Source: Cyanobacteriota bacterium
Lineage (GTDB): Bacteria > Cyanobacteriota > Cyanobacteriia > Cyanobacteriales > Nostocaceae
Length of the DNA stretch: 64,000 nucleotides
Direction: 5' to 3'
Assembly: GCA_046045965.1 (NCBI GenBank)
Contig: JBJOKS010000003.1
Span: 32,001 to 96,000, forward strand
The notes beneath the pieces are model-generated. The model worked only from the letters and a program-made list of their open reading frames with translations, ran no database searches and had not been told where the DNA came from. This document shows, in pieces, positions 1-11,012 of this stretch (within the stretch, counting starts at the first letter, position 1; each line of letters begins with the position of its first letter). Made by a program: the position numbers and the translations under genes.

Positions 1-20
1 GGGACGGTAAGATCATATAT

Positions 21-301
21 CTCGTTCCCAGTCTCAGACTGGGAATGCTATCAAGAGGTTCTACCTCTACATTTAATATCAGGCAGATCCTTGATCTTTC
101 ATTCCCATATAAAGAGATAATTCATACTCTCTGGGCGATTATAAATCGCGGCTACACAGGCAAAACCCACCTTCGTGGGTTCAGAAGCCCTGATTTTTCA
201 TTAGTCCACGGAGGTGGACTTCGTTTGTGTAGTAGCGAATTATATTCGCCGAAAACTTTTAAAACATCCTCTTTCATTCCCATACAGAGTATGAGAACGA
301 G
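21..301. mobile_element. MITE/REP-like element family A (ends CTCGTTCCCA...GAGAACGAG) carrying a nested family-B insert
   Basis: 21-109 and 270-301 match the uninterrupted copy at 42985-43091; 15-bp TCTTTCATTCCCATA is duplicated at 95-109 and 270-284 around the insert. Confidence 0.75.
124..256. repeat. Multi-hairpin repeat element family B (long form)
   Basis: Near-identical to 29633-29725 at both ends (GGGCGATT..ATCGCGGCTACACAG..; GGTGGACTTCG..TGTGTAGTAGCGAATTATATTCGCCGAAAACT). Confidence 0.75.
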
Positions 302-319
302 AGAAATTAACAACTTAAA

Positions 320-1423
320 TTATTTACTATTAGCCGTCACAAAATTGGCATAGCTTAATTCATTGGTCTTATTCCAAGTGTAAATCTGTTCTCTAAATTT
401 CTTCCACCCTTCATAAATCTCTTTAAAGGTTGCATCCTTACTCGCATTTTCTTCATAGATATCAAAGGATGCTTTTTGTGCTGCTTGCATAATTTCTTGA
501 CTGTAAGGAGTCAATTTAGTCCCCCCAGCTAGTAATCTTGTCATTGCTTCCCCATTCAAAGCATCGTATTTAGTGAACATATTCACATTCGCTTCTACCG
601 CCGCTGTTTTGAATATTTCCTGATATTCTTTGGGTAATTTATCCCAAGCTTTTCGACTTACCAATACATCTAATGTTGGACCCGGTTCCCACCAACCAGG
701 ATAATAATAAAATTGGGCTGCTTTATTTAAACCTAATTTCTCATCGTCATAGGGACCAACCCACTCCGCTGCATCAATAGCACCCCGATCTAATGCTAAA
801 TATATTTCTCCTCCGGGTAACACTTGCACATTTACCCCTAAACGAGACATAACTTGTCCCCCTAAACCGGGGATTCGCATTTTTAAACCATTTAAGTCAG
901 CAACAGATTTAATTTCTTTTTTGAACCATCCTCCCATTTGCGCCCCAGTATTACCAGCGGGAAAGTTGATAATATTAAAATCACTATAAATTTTGTGCAG
1001 GGTTTCTAGTCCACCACCTTGGTACAACCAAGCATTTTGCTGTTGGGCGTTTAAACCAAAGGGAACGGCGGTACAAAAAGCCAAGGCTGGGTTTTTGCCA
1101 ATGTAATAATAACTGGCTGTATGTCCACATTCTACAGTTCCTGCTTGCACTGCGTCTAATACTTGCAAACCCGGTACTAACTCTCCAGCAGCAAAGGGGG
1201 TAATGGTGAAGCGGCCACCGGTCATTTCTTTGACTCGTTTAGCGATGGTTTCCGCACCGATATAAGTCCCTAAACTCTTTGTCCAGCTGGTGGCCATGCG
1301 CCATCTGACAGTGGGTAAGCTACCTTGTACAGTAGTAGATGTACTGGTTTTAGCACAAGCTGCGGTGAGTGCTGCTGTTGCTGTAGCGATCGCCCCAGTA
1401 TTGATAATTTGTCTGCGCTTCAT
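320..1423 (-). CDS. TRAP transporter substrate-binding protein (DctP/TakP-like), Tat-type signal
   Basis: MKRRQ twin-Arg leader; [37 protein letters not shown] motifs. Confidence 0.9.
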   Translation of the reverse strand: MKRRQIINTGAIATATAALTAACAKTSTSTTVQGSLPTVRWRMATSWTKSLGTYIGAETIAKRVKEMTGGRFTITPFAAGELVPGLQVLDAVQAGTVECGHTASYYYIGKNPALAFCTAVPFGLNAQQQNAWLYQGGGLETLHKIYSDFNIINFPAGNTGAQMGGWFKKEIKSVADLNGLKMRIPGLGGQVMSRLGVNVQVLPGGEIYLALDRGAIDAAEWVGPYDDEKLGLNKAAQFYYYPGWWEPGPTLDVLVSRKAWDKLPKEYQEIFKTAAVEANVNMFTKYDALNGEAMTRLLAGGTKLTPYSQEIMQAAQKASFDIYEENASKDATFKEIYEGWKKFREQIYTWNKTNELSYANFVTANSK

Positions 1424-2610
1424 AGTCTTTTACTAATTTCCACTACTCTATCTTTAGACTGAAATTGTGCCATGAAGCGGCGATCAATATAGTCTTTCCA
1501 GTGCCACAATAATTGATGAGGTGGTAAGGTGAAATTTCCTCGTGTAGCTAAGGCGCGTCCATCACCTGTGCCAATTAAACTTAAATACTCTTTTTGCGGT
1601 TTGTAAGGTTTAAGTGATTTCCCAAACATCATCCTTCGCAAATTCTCATACAACGGTTTACCTTGACGTACCGCAAATACACCTGCTTTTGGTAAGTGAT
1701 AATTAATCATTGTGGCAATATCACCCGCTGCAAAAATCTGAGGATGACTAACAGATTGCAAATTATCATTTACTAAAATAAACCCTTGTTCATCTGTAGC
1801 AATTCCTGAATCTTTCACCCAATTTGCTGCTGATGCTTGTGTCACCCAAAACACGCGATCGCATTTTAATCTTAACCCAGATTCAGATGTCATTTCTAAT
1901 TGATTATCTATTGTAGGTGCAACTTCACAGACATTTTCACATAAATGTAATTTGACACCTTTATTAATTAGAACATCCTCCATAATTCGCCGCACGGTTG
2001 GGTGATGATTTGGCATTAATTCCCCAGTGCGTTGCCATAAATGTACTGTTAAATTTTCTATTCCTAATTTCCGTAAACCTGCAAACATTGATAATGCTAA
2101 TTCTACACCCCCAGCCCCACCACCAACAATACTAATACTTAGCGGTTTTTGAGGATGTTTAATAACCATTTCCTGTAATTTATACCAATGTTCTAAAAGT
2201 TGTGCCACTGGTTTTGCAGCTATTGTATATTCTGCCGCACCTGATACAGACAATTTAGCCGGAGTGCTGCCAATATCAATAGACAAAATATCAAACTCTA
2301 TTGCTGGTGAGTTAGCACAAAGCACTTTGTTATTTTTTAAATCCAGTCCAACTACTCTGTCAAGATATAAGTGAGCATTAGCAAAGTTGCTTAAATTTTG
2401 CAAGTCAATATGGCATTCAGAATAATTGTAAAATCCGGCAATATGTCCGGGTAACATCCCAGAATACGGTGTATATTGATCTGGAGTAATTAAGGTCAAA
2501 TTTACTCCAGTCACAGGGTTATTACCAAAACGTTTCAAGACAATGGCATGACTATGGCCACCTCCAATCATCACTAGGTTTTTTCGCCTTAGTTGGGAAT
2601 TTTGCAGCAT
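1420..2610 (-). CDS. FAD-dependent pyridine nucleotide-disulfide oxidoreductase (family often fused to SelD)
   Basis: IGGGHSH and VGGGAGGVE Rossmann motifs, [38 protein letters not shown] overlap with the TRAP gene. Confidence 0.85.
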   Translation of the reverse strand: MLQNSQLRRKNLVMIGGGHSHAIVLKRFGNNPVTGVNLTLITPDQYTPYSGMLPGHIAGFYNYSECHIDLQNLSNFANAHLYLDRVVGLDLKNNKVLCANSPAIEFDILSIDIGSTPAKLSVSGAAEYTIAAKPVAQLLEHWYKLQEMVIKHPQKPLSISIVGGGAGGVELALSMFAGLRKLGIENLTVHLWQRTGELMPNHHPTVRRIMEDVLINKGVKLHLCENVCEVAPTIDNQLEMTSESGLRLKCDRVFWVTQASAANWVKDSGIATDEQGFILVNDNLQSVSHPQIFAAGDIATMINYHLPKAGVFAVRQGKPLYENLRRMMFGKSLKPYKPQKEYLSLIGTGDGRALATRGNFTLPPHQLLWHWKDYIDRRFMAQFQSKDRVVEISKRL

Positions 2611-2699
2611 CTGGAGATTTAAGTAGATGTGAGCAGCGATTAAATATCAATATTATCATGATTCCCCTCGGTTGGTAATGAATAATAAACGAATACCTA

Positions 2700-2730
2700 G
2701 ATACCCGACTTATTTAAAAAGTCCGGTATT
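2700..2730. repeat. Short palindromic repeat family C (ATCCCCGACTT..AAGTCGGGGAT-like)
   Basis: Related copies at 3773-3807, 26237-26266, 38783-38815 and 46101-46130. Confidence 0.6.
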
Positions 2731-2895
2731 TCTTTTATTTAATTAAATTGGTTTAGTTAAAAAATAAATTGTGAGGTGTATGTTTAACATATCTTTTATC
2801 TGGTGTCTATACCCGAAATGATGAAATTTTAGATGGGCTGATCATCAGCATTTTTTTTAATTATCAAGACAACACAATATTATTTTCATTAATGT

Positions 2896-3585
2896 ATGTT
2901 GGTAAGAAAAATCATCCATTGGATGCTGGCAATTCAGGAGAATGTAAAGAATAATCAAGGCGATAAATCTAATCGAGATTATTTAATGAAAGTCCTACAG
3001 CGACTGGACAATAATTCAATCGAAACCAGTCTATCTGCAATTCATGATTTAGAGCATCTTGTGGAAGATAATCCGCAATACCACTGGATAATTATGGATA
3101 TGCTCACTAATTTCGTCAGAAAGAAAGCAGCTAATTCATACCCAGAGGAAGCAATGAGTAATTCCTCAGTCAACACTAGGAAAGTAATTCAAGCAGCTAT
3201 TAGCGTTATCGGGAGGAGAGACACAAAAAAAGACCCAGAAAATGAACAGATTGATTTAAGTTACACAGACTTAAGTAGACTAAATTTGCAGGGTGCAAAC
3301 CTGGAACAAACAAACCTTTATCAAGCTAATCTATCACAAGCAAATTTAGCTGGTGCAAACCTTTCTGGTGCTATTCTCAGTGCAGCAAATCTCACTGGTG
3401 CAAACCTCAATTTTGCCAACCTGTCTGGTGCTATTCTCAGTGCAGCAAATCTCGCTGGTGCGAATCTTACTGGTGCTAAATTACATCGAGCTAATTTATA
3501 TTTAGCTAGTTTAGAGGATGCAATTTTGAATGATGCTAACCTTGATGGAGCAAATCTGAGAGAAGCTAAGTTTAATAAATTTTAA
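2896..3585 (+). CDS. Pentapeptide repeat protein
   Basis: A(N/D)LxG repeats in the C-terminal half; N-terminal part paralogous to 3959-5449 ([13 protein letters not shown] vs [24 protein letters not shown] vs IQAALTVIGRR). Confidence 0.9.
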   Translation: MLVRKIIHWMLAIQENVKNNQGDKSNRDYLMKVLQRLDNNSIETSLSAIHDLEHLVEDNPQYHWIIMDMLTNFVRKKAANSYPEEAMSNSSVNTRKVIQAAISVIGRRDTKKDPENEQIDLSYTDLSRLNLQGANLEQTNLYQANLSQANLAGANLSGAILSAANLTGANLNFANLSGAILSAANLAGANLTGAKLHRANLYLASLEDAILNDANLDGANLREAKFNKF

Positions 3586-3624
3586 GAATCAATCTATACC
3601 CAGTGCAATGACTTTTCTGTGGCT

Positions 3625-3735
3625 ATAACAATCCTATCTGATTTGTGAATGGCGTTTTTAAAACGAACCGCTCCAGACGCAGAGAGCGCAGAGGTAGAGA
3701 AAAAGAGGTGTTCATATCTTATTTAGGATTGCTAT
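3625..3735. mobile_element. MITE-like element with terminal inverted repeats ATAACAATCCTA...TAGGATTGCTAT
   Basis: Imperfect 12-bp TIR; the left-end 23-mer AACAATCCTATCTGATTTGTGAA recurs at 3738-3760. Confidence 0.6.
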
Positions 3736-3958
3736 CTAACAATCCTATCTGATTTGTGAAAATTAAGGAATTTAGATCCCTGACTTATTGAACAAGTCGG
3801 GGATCTAGTTGTTCGTAACTATACTAATAAGGGTAAAGGGTAAGGAGGAAAGCGAAAAACGCTTACCCTTTGTTGGGAGAAAGAAAATTTTACATTTCTA
3901 AATTTGCGGCTAAATGCTATACTGTTTTTTTTAATCATCTCAGTAATAACTCATTATT

Positions 3959-5449
3959 GTGAAGCATCTTTCTGGTATGTCTGCTAAAAAGACAGACACA
4001 ACTTTGTATTGGTTGATCACCATCATCGTTATTGTGCTTCTGTCCTTAATACTGATTGTCTTCGCATCTACTAATATTGAGAAGTTATCATTTCAGCGGC
4101 AAATATCTGACAAAAATCAAGCATTAACTACTATTGCCATAGTTTTTCTCGGCGTAGCTGTCATGCTTAATGTTTATTATGCAGCAAGGCGGACTCAAGC
4201 AATAGAGAAAAATGCAATTACAGCAGAAAAAACTCTAGCAATTGGCATTGAAAATACCAAACTCATCCAAGAAAGACTGATTTCGGAAAGGTTTATTGGC
4301 GGAATTACTCAGTTAGGACATGACAAGGTAGAAACGCGCACAGGTGCGATTTATGCCTTAGAAAGAATTGCCCAAGATTTCCCCCAAGAACATTGGACAA
4401 TTATGGAAATTCTCACTGCTTTTGTCCGCGAAAATGCACCCATACAACTAGAGAGAAAACCACAAAAACCAGAAGATTTTATGGCGATTGATGTGGGTAA
4501 CAATCGTGATAGAATGCGTCGTCAACAGCCAGCAAATTATCTTCTACCAACTGAATCCTTTAAACTTCGTACTGATATTCAAGCAGCTTTGACTGTAATC
4601 GGTAGGCGCAATTTTCAACAGGATCGAGAAAATCAAAAATTGGATTTGCGTAATACCGATATCAGACGAGTTTATTTAGCAGGAGCTAAATTGCAAGGGG
4701 TAGACTTACGGGGATCTGATTTATGTGGTGCAGACTTGCGGGATGCTGATTTAAGTGAAGCCGTTTTAGATGGTGCTAAACTCATAGGTTCGATTCTTTA
4801 TCAAGCTAACTTATTTAAAGCTAGTTTACGGGGAGCTAATTTAAGTCGCTCTAATCTTAATCTTGCCAATTTATATGGAGTAAACTTGAGTTCTGCTAAT
4901 TTGTTTGGTGCAAGTTTGCGTTCAGTAAATTTGCAATCTGCCAACTTGTATAAAGCCAATATGCAACAAGTAAATCTCAAGGCTGCTAATCTCTCCGGTG
5001 CTAAGTTATTTTTAGTTAATTTACAAGGGGCGAAATTAGGTAAAACTAATTTAAGTTTAGCAGGTTTGATTGCTGCAAATTTGCAAGGTGCAAATCTCAA
5101 TGGTGCTAATCTCCAAGGTGCAAATTTGAATGCTGCTAAATTGCAACAAACAGATATTTATTTTGCCAATTTCAGTGAAGCTAGTTTGACAGAAGCAAAT
5201 TTACATCATGCTAATTTGATGGGGGCGAATTTTTGTCAAGCAATTCTTGATGAAGCTGATCTTTCTGAAGCTAATCTCATTGGTGCTAATTTATTTGGCG
5301 CTCATCTTTGTGATGTTAAACTGACTGGGACGATTTTAACCGGGGCGAAAAATCTAGAATCTGAGCAGATAATTAAGGCATTAGGCGATCGCACTACTCG
5401 CCTTCCTGATTATATCGAAGCGCCAGCTAATTGGCTCGAATCTGTTTGA
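3959..5449 (+). CDS. Membrane-anchored pentapeptide repeat protein
   Basis: Two N-terminal hydrophobic helices, RTGAIYALERIA motif, long A(N/D/K)LxG repeat region; true start may be ATG 3977. Confidence 0.9.
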   Translation: MKHLSGMSAKKTDTTLYWLITIIVIVLLSLILIVFASTNIEKLSFQRQISDKNQALTTIAIVFLGVAVMLNVYYAARRTQAIEKNAITAEKTLAIGIENTKLIQERLISERFIGGITQLGHDKVETRTGAIYALERIAQDFPQEHWTIMEILTAFVRENAPIQLERKPQKPEDFMAIDVGNNRDRMRRQQPANYLLPTESFKLRTDIQAALTVIGRRNFQQDRENQKLDLRNTDIRRVYLAGAKLQGVDLRGSDLCGADLRDADLSEAVLDGAKLIGSILYQANLFKASLRGANLSRSNLNLANLYGVNLSSANLFGASLRSVNLQSANLYKANMQQVNLKAANLSGAKLFLVNLQGAKLGKTNLSLAGLIAANLQGANLNGANLQGANLNAAKLQQTDIYFANFSEASLTEANLHHANLMGANFCQAILDEADLSEANLIGANLFGAHLCDVKLTGTILTGAKNLESEQIIKALGDRTTRLPDYIEAPANWLESV

Positions 5450-5747
5450 TTATCTAAAACTGTATCTTTTGCTAATTTCGGTGCATTCTACTTTTTTAAT
5501 ATCTTTGAATTGTTATTAAATTCTCATATTTACTTGCCGATTAAGTGATTAAATCATGACTTATTAATTGTCATAATTGCTTGTTTTTTAATTAGTGAAT
5601 TAGTAATCAAATTAGCTTTTTATATCAGCCAAATCATAGTAATTATTAACCAAGGGGAATAACTGGCAATTTCCAGCTTTACTAGACAAAAGATTGAAAA
5701 ATTCAGGCTGGGACAAAAAAAATATTATTTTTAAGGATAAAAGTCTG

Positions 5748-7235
5748 ATGAAATTTGATATTACTGAAAATTTGTACTCCCAAAATAAACTCAATATTAC
5801 TTCTGTTTCCCCAGTCAATTCTTTTCAAACTCAGGTTGACAATAGCTTAAGTTGGGGTAGTGCTAGTAGCTATTCGCAACAGGAAACAAATGAGCCTATT
5901 GCTACTACAAACAGTTATAATTCCAGAACTGGTTATGGCTTAGTAAATGCCGGAACAGCAGTCAGTAGAGCAGCTGGTGAAAATCCTTATGCAGATGCTC
6001 CTGATGTGGGTGGAAATAATTGGGGTGTAGATTTGGTAAATGCACCCGCAGCTTGGCAAAATGGACATACAGGCCAAGGGATTATTGTTGCTGTTTTAGA
6101 TACTGGAGTTGACTATAACCACGAAGATTTAAATGATAATATCTGGACGAATAGCAACGAAATTGCTGGTAATGGTATAGATGATGATGGTAATGGTTAT
6201 ATTGATGATATTCAAGGTTGGAATTTTGATGGTAACAACAATAATGTTTTAGATGATAATAGTCATGGAACTCATGTTTCTGGAACTATTGCCGCAGAAA
6301 ATAACGGTAGTGGTATAACTGGTGTTGCCTATAATTCTCAAATTATGGCAATTAAAGTTTTAGATCAGAATGGCTCAGGTTCCTATGCAAATATTGCTAA
6401 TGGTATCCGTTATGCTGTAGATAATGGCGCTCATGTAATTAACCTCAGCTTAGGAGGAAATTCTGGTAATAATACTCTCAAATCAGCTATTGAATATGCC
6501 AGCAGTAACGGTGTAATTGTTGTTATGGCCGCAGGTAATAATGGAGATTCTACACCAACTTATCCGGCTCGTTATGCTGAAAATTCAGGAATTGCTGTTG
6601 GGGCGGTAGATAAAAATAATCAACTGACTAATTTTTCTAACCGTTCTGGTTCTCAAGAAATTAAATATGTGACTGCTCCTGGTCAAGACATTTACTCTAC
6701 AGTTCCCAATAATCAATATGCGACTTTTAGTGGCACTTCTATGGCCGCTCCCCATGTTGCTGGGGTAGTGGCTTTGATGCTTAGTGCTAACCCCAACTTG
6801 ACAGAAACCCAGGTGCGGGAGATTATCACGAGTACGGCTGACAATAGCACAAATATTCAAGAACCCAGTCAGCCTTCAAATCCTTCTCCTTCTCTACCAT
6901 TTCCATTTCCTATTGATTTATTACCCTTTGGCCTGATTGATATAGGATCACAATTTCCTACTGATATAGGCTCACAATTTCCTACTGATATTGGAGCAGA
7001 CTTTCCAATAGGTTTACCTGCACAATCAAATATACAATTACCTTCGGTTGTTTTATCTGGTGGTGATTTTGGTGATAAAACTACTAATGTAGAAAGTTTT
7101 AATCAGCAGAATGATGACAGATTGGTTAGTTTAGTTTCTCAGTCTTTATTGCGTTCTTATGTCAGTTCTGAGGTTCAATACTCTATTGCTGGTGATGGGG
7201 ATATTCAGGAGGAGGAGTTGTTTGGAAAACGATAA
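5748..7235 (+). CDS. S8 (subtilisin-like) serine peptidase with Pro/Ser-rich C-terminal tail
   Basis: Triad motifs VAVLDTG, HGTHVSG, GTSMAAP; NGIDDDGNGYIDD Ca loop; ATG 5748 preferred over TTG 5694. Confidence 0.92.
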   Translation: MKFDITENLYSQNKLNITSVSPVNSFQTQVDNSLSWGSASSYSQQETNEPIATTNSYNSRTGYGLVNAGTAVSRAAGENPYADAPDVGGNNWGVDLVNAPAAWQNGHTGQGIIVAVLDTGVDYNHEDLNDNIWTNSNEIAGNGIDDDGNGYIDDIQGWNFDGNNNNVLDDNSHGTHVSGTIAAENNGSGITGVAYNSQIMAIKVLDQNGSGSYANIANGIRYAVDNGAHVINLSLGGNSGNNTLKSAIEYASSNGVIVVMAAGNNGDSTPTYPARYAENSGIAVGAVDKNNQLTNFSNRSGSQEIKYVTAPGQDIYSTVPNNQYATFSGTSMAAPHVAGVVALMLSANPNLTETQVREIITSTADNSTNIQEPSQPSNPSPSLPFPFPIDLLPFGLIDIGSQFPTDIGSQFPTDIGADFPIGLPAQSNIQLPSVVLSGGDFGDKTTNVESFNQQNDDRLVSLVSQSLLRSYVSSEVQYSIAGDGDIQEEELFGKR

Positions 7236-7403
7236 TTTCTTTACATACTTTGTTTGTTTTCCGCAATTCTAGATAGTGCGTTAGATTCAATAAATTCTGC
7301 AAGAGGTCTATTTTTAAGATTTGAACCACCCTAAATTGTATTTAGGGTTAAAAAGAGTGGTGATAAATAGTTGTTTAAGAACAGGTAAAAATAACCTAAT
7401 AAC

Positions 7404-8822
7404 CTAGTTTTTCTGAATTCCATAACACAAACGACCCACTAACCATTGTGGAGCTTGATTTTTATCTTCATTATTTTTTGTCCGTTCAGTTTTCATCCTT
7501 TCTGTAGCTATTTTCAAAGCCGTCAAAAATTCCTCTAAATTATGCGTTTTTGAACCATCTTGTTCATTGCTTCTAGTTTGCCAATCCCATTTTTTCCACC
7601 CACTAGGAACTTCTAAACTTGCTGTTAAAATATCAAACTGGAGTTTGTAAATACCAGATTCAGGAAATTTCTGAGGTTGGATGACAGCAGTAAAATTTAA
7701 CTTATTTTCTTGGGGTATAATTTGCCAATCTTTAAATTCAATTGCCTTATTTACTTCCTGACTAGCATCAATTTCTGTAAAATTTTTGGCAAATTTATCA
7801 AATTTCTCAGCTTTAACTTTTGCTTGTAAAGAATTAGCATCAACCAATAAACTATGTTCAGATGGGGCTAAATTCACACTATAATTAATAGTTAAACTAT
7901 CTTGTTGACGAGAATCTATTTGTAAGAGTTCATAGTGACCTTGACTAACTTTACTAGCAGCAACTCCATCTTTCACTAAAGATAGAGGTCTAGTAATTCC
8001 TGTGGGTGTTGTTGGTAGTGTTTCTAATTTAGATACTTGCTCAAGAATATGATCAGGATGGAAAATCATTAACTTACTCATATCACCATTAGCTAATGAT
8101 TGATTAGAGTTATATTTTTGTAATTCCCCAAAATAATACTTGACATCTTGATATGGTCCAATGAATAGAACATAAAATGGCCGCATTTTTTCTGGTTGTT
8201 TACCAGAATTATAATCAAAGGTTTGCAGTTGATTATTTTTATCTACATAAACCTTACCATTAAATTCACTTTTAACAGCCCAAACACCAACAGCATAATC
8301 TTTTTTATCAGAATTAAAATAAATATCTTGAATTTTTTTATTTAATTTAGTTACATCGCCGCTATTTTGTTCTAAATCTGTAATAATCACCGTCATTTTG
8401 GGTTGATTTTTCGCAGAAGGAATAATAGCTGCATCTATAGGACTAGATACTTGTTTAAATTTAGCATTACTGCCATCATAAAAAACAGAAGTTGCTCCAA
8501 AACTATAATATTCACTACTTGTAATCTTCTGCATGGGATTACCAATACGATAGTATTCAACTGGTAATTGCCCTGTTAACTCAAATACTTTTCTCAGTGA
8601 TTCTAAGGCTTTAGTATAGTTAGTTTCTCCATCTTTTACATAACCTAACATCGAACCACTACCATCTAGATAAATAGCCACATTTAGAGTATCTGATTTA
8701 CTAGCTGTTTGATTATTGACAGAATTAACATTGGGAATTTCACATTTTAACTCTTCTTTTTTGTTGCAAGCTGTTAGGAAAAGTGCAATTAAGACCACAA
8801 TTAGCAATTTGATCCGCATCAT
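7404..8822 (-). CDS. Lipoprotein with vWA-like (MIDAS) domain
   Basis: Lipobox LTA-C; IYLDGSGSM (DxSxS) and VIITDLEQ motifs. Confidence 0.7.
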   Translation of the reverse strand: MMRIKLLIVVLIALFLTACNKKEELKCEIPNVNSVNNQTASKSDTLNVAIYLDGSGSMLGYVKDGETNYTKALESLRKVFELTGQLPVEYYRIGNPMQKITSSEYYSFGATSVFYDGSNAKFKQVSSPIDAAIIPSAKNQPKMTVIITDLEQNSGDVTKLNKKIQDIYFNSDKKDYAVGVWAVKSEFNGKVYVDKNNQLQTFDYNSGKQPEKMRPFYVLFIGPYQDVKYYFGELQKYNSNQSLANGDMSKLMIFHPDHILEQVSKLETLPTTPTGITRPLSLVKDGVAASKVSQGHYELLQIDSRQQDSLTINYSVNLAPSEHSLLVDANSLQAKVKAEKFDKFAKNFTEIDASQEVNKAIEFKDWQIIPQENKLNFTAVIQPQKFPESGIYKLQFDILTASLEVPSGWKKWDWQTRSNEQDGSKTHNLEEFLTALKIATERMKTERTKNNEDKNQAPQWLVGRLCYGIQKN

Positions 8823-9006
8823 TTTCTACATTCTCCGCTAATACTTTTGTGTTGATATGTTTACTATTACTAATAAATGTTAAGTAATTTTACGGTATTT
8901 TGTGTTGCCATTTCCATAACAATATGAGAGTATAACAAAGAATATTCATGTTAAGTCTAAACAAGAACACAAATTTCTAGATCAATCGAAATTATCAGGA
9001 GGGCTA

Positions 9007-9480
9007 ATGAAGCCGTGGGAGATCGTCAGAATCATTATATTTACTGTCATCGGTGCTGCACTTATGTTTTTGGGGCAGCGTCTCATCTATGAAAATCAAA
9101 TCGTACCCATTCAAAAAATCTCCTTGGATAGTTGGCTTGCTGCTGACTATACCACAGCCGCACTGATTATGTTCGGAGTCTGTATGTTTTCAACGATTGT
9201 CTGGTGCGTATTAGCAGCTACCAGCAAGTTTACTGATGGCAGCAAGACAGGAAGTTGGATGTTGCTGTGGTGGTTGTTAGGACTGCTACCAATGGCTGGA
9301 ATTGGGTTTACAGTTTTTTACATTAACCGCAGCGACGAAGCTCAACTTTCATTGATGGGATTTTTTGTATTAGATACTTTATTACTGTATTGGTTGCCTA
9401 CCGCAACAAGTTCTCCTGAAGCCGTGAAATATATTCCACCAGGAGCTTTTTTGTTACGTCATCAGCTGATGGGAGATTAA
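9007..9480 (+). CDS. Uncharacterised 4-TM membrane protein
   Basis: Four hydrophobic segments; AGGAGG RBS upstream; 3-nt gap to the tubulin-like gene. Confidence 0.8.
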   Translation: MKPWEIVRIIIFTVIGAALMFLGQRLIYENQIVPIQKISLDSWLAADYTTAALIMFGVCMFSTIVWCVLAATSKFTDGSKTGSWMLLWWLLGLLPMAGIGFTVFYINRSDEAQLSLMGFFVLDTLLLYWLPTATSSPEAVKYIPPGAFLLRHQLMGD

Positions 9481-9483
9481 GAA

Positions 9484-10998
9484 ATGTCAATTTATGTTAT
9501 AGGAATTGGTGGGACTGGTGCTAAGTCCATCGAAGCTATCATTCAATTAGCAGCCATTGGACTATTTAGTGCAGAAACTCTGAATTTATTGTTTGTTGAT
9601 GCAGATGAAACTAATGGTAATCTTTCCAGATCATTAACAAGTTTAGAAATTTATCAAAAGTGTTATGGATTGGATTTAAGGGATAAACATCCCTGGATGC
9701 AAACAAAAATCGAATCATTTCCTTTATGGTCACCATTTGCTAACAATAGCATCAACAAAAATCTGGGTTCATTTTTTCAATACAACATTCTCAAACAAGA
9801 TGAACCAGCATTAGGAAATTTATTTGATGTTCTTTACACTTCCGAAGAACGTGATGCAAATTTAGATGTAGGTTTTCGGGGACGGCCTGCCATTGGTGCA
9901 GCAGTAATGAGCCAGGTAAAACTAGATGCTTTAGATAGTGATTCCTGGGGAACATTAATGAGCAAAATCCAAAAAGATACCGGAGGAGGAACACGCCCAA
10001 AAGTATTTTTATGTGGTTCAATTTTTGGAGGAACAGGAGCTTCAGGATTACCTACTATTGGCAGGCTAATTCATAATAAATTAGAAGCTTTAAAAATCCG
10101 GGATAAAGTTGATTTAGGTTGTCTATTTGTCTTACCTTATTTTGGTTTTACTCCTGAATTGGGAGAAAATTCCGAAAAAGTATATGCTCGTTCTGAACAA
10201 TTTTTATTAAATACAGAAGCAGCACTTCGTTATTATGGCAGTCAGCCTCAAGAGACTTTTGATACTGTTTATTTATTAGGAAATCAACAATTATCGCCAG
10301 TTAAAAAATTTAGTGTTGGCAAAAATACCCAACAAAATGATCCTCATTTTCTTGAATTTTATGCTGCTTTAGCTGCCCGACAATTTTTATTAAAAACACC
10401 ACCAGGACAAAAAACAGTGGTGTTAATGAATCGGGAAAATTTAAGAACTTTAACCTGGAAAGATATTCCTGATCTCAAAGAAGTAGCACCAGAATTAATT
10501 AAAGCTACTCGGTTTGCATTTGTGTGGTTATCTAATATTGCCCCGGAACTAGCAGACGCTAAAAATATTGGTGCAGATGGTTTTAGAAAGCGTGCTGGTA
10601 CTTCTTGGTTCGTCAAATTCTTTCCTGCTTCTAGAGGAATACTGGGAGGAAATACTCAGAAAAATGCCGATTTTAACGACACTAAAGAACAGGATGCCAT
10701 AGAAATAATAACCGCTTGGTGTCAAGATTATTTACGCTGGTTGTCACATATTCATCAATGTCATGGTGAAAGCATTCAATTGTTTAATGCAGATTATTTC
10801 AAAACCAGCAAACTTAATCCTGAGAACTTATCCAATTTAATTGTTGGACAAGGTGATAGTCGAGATCAAAACAAAAAATCTCAAGACACAATTCAAAGAC
10901 TTAAAGAAAGATTAAATCCTCAAGCTATTGATCCTCCAAATCAAGGGATTATAGGACTTGCTAAAGCTTTATATCATGTTTGTCGCTTAGTTGATTAG
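9484..10998 (+). CDS. Divergent tubulin/FtsZ-superfamily GTPase (Tubulin_2/FtsZ-like)
   Basis: IYVIGIGGTGAK (T1), FVDAD (T2), GFRGRPAIG (T3-like), GSIFGGTGASG (tubulin signature), LPYF; not canonical FtsZ. Confidence 0.85.
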   Translation: MSIYVIGIGGTGAKSIEAIIQLAAIGLFSAETLNLLFVDADETNGNLSRSLTSLEIYQKCYGLDLRDKHPWMQTKIESFPLWSPFANNSINKNLGSFFQYNILKQDEPALGNLFDVLYTSEERDANLDVGFRGRPAIGAAVMSQVKLDALDSDSWGTLMSKIQKDTGGGTRPKVFLCGSIFGGTGASGLPTIGRLIHNKLEALKIRDKVDLGCLFVLPYFGFTPELGENSEKVYARSEQFLLNTEAALRYYGSQPQETFDTVYLLGNQQLSPVKKFSVGKNTQQNDPHFLEFYAALAARQFLLKTPPGQKTVVLMNRENLRTLTWKDIPDLKEVAPELIKATRFAFVWLSNIAPELADAKNIGADGFRKRAGTSWFVKFFPASRGILGGNTQKNADFNDTKEQDAIEIITAWCQDYLRWLSHIHQCHGESIQLFNADYFKTSKLNPENLSNLIVGQGDSRDQNKKSQDTIQRLKERLNPQAIDPPNQGIIGLAKALYHVCRLVD

Positions 10999-11012
10999 AG
11001 AAAGAAGGAAAG

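Noticed and set aside
45..353. 102-aa ORF
   Set aside because: Lies almost entirely over nested repeat elements and overlaps the TRAP gene end
9484..10998. Calling this gene ftsZ because minCDE is in the window
   Set aside because: Lacks FtsZ NTD/GAG/NxDFAD motifs and the C-terminal peptide; minCDE is 25 kb away and unlinked
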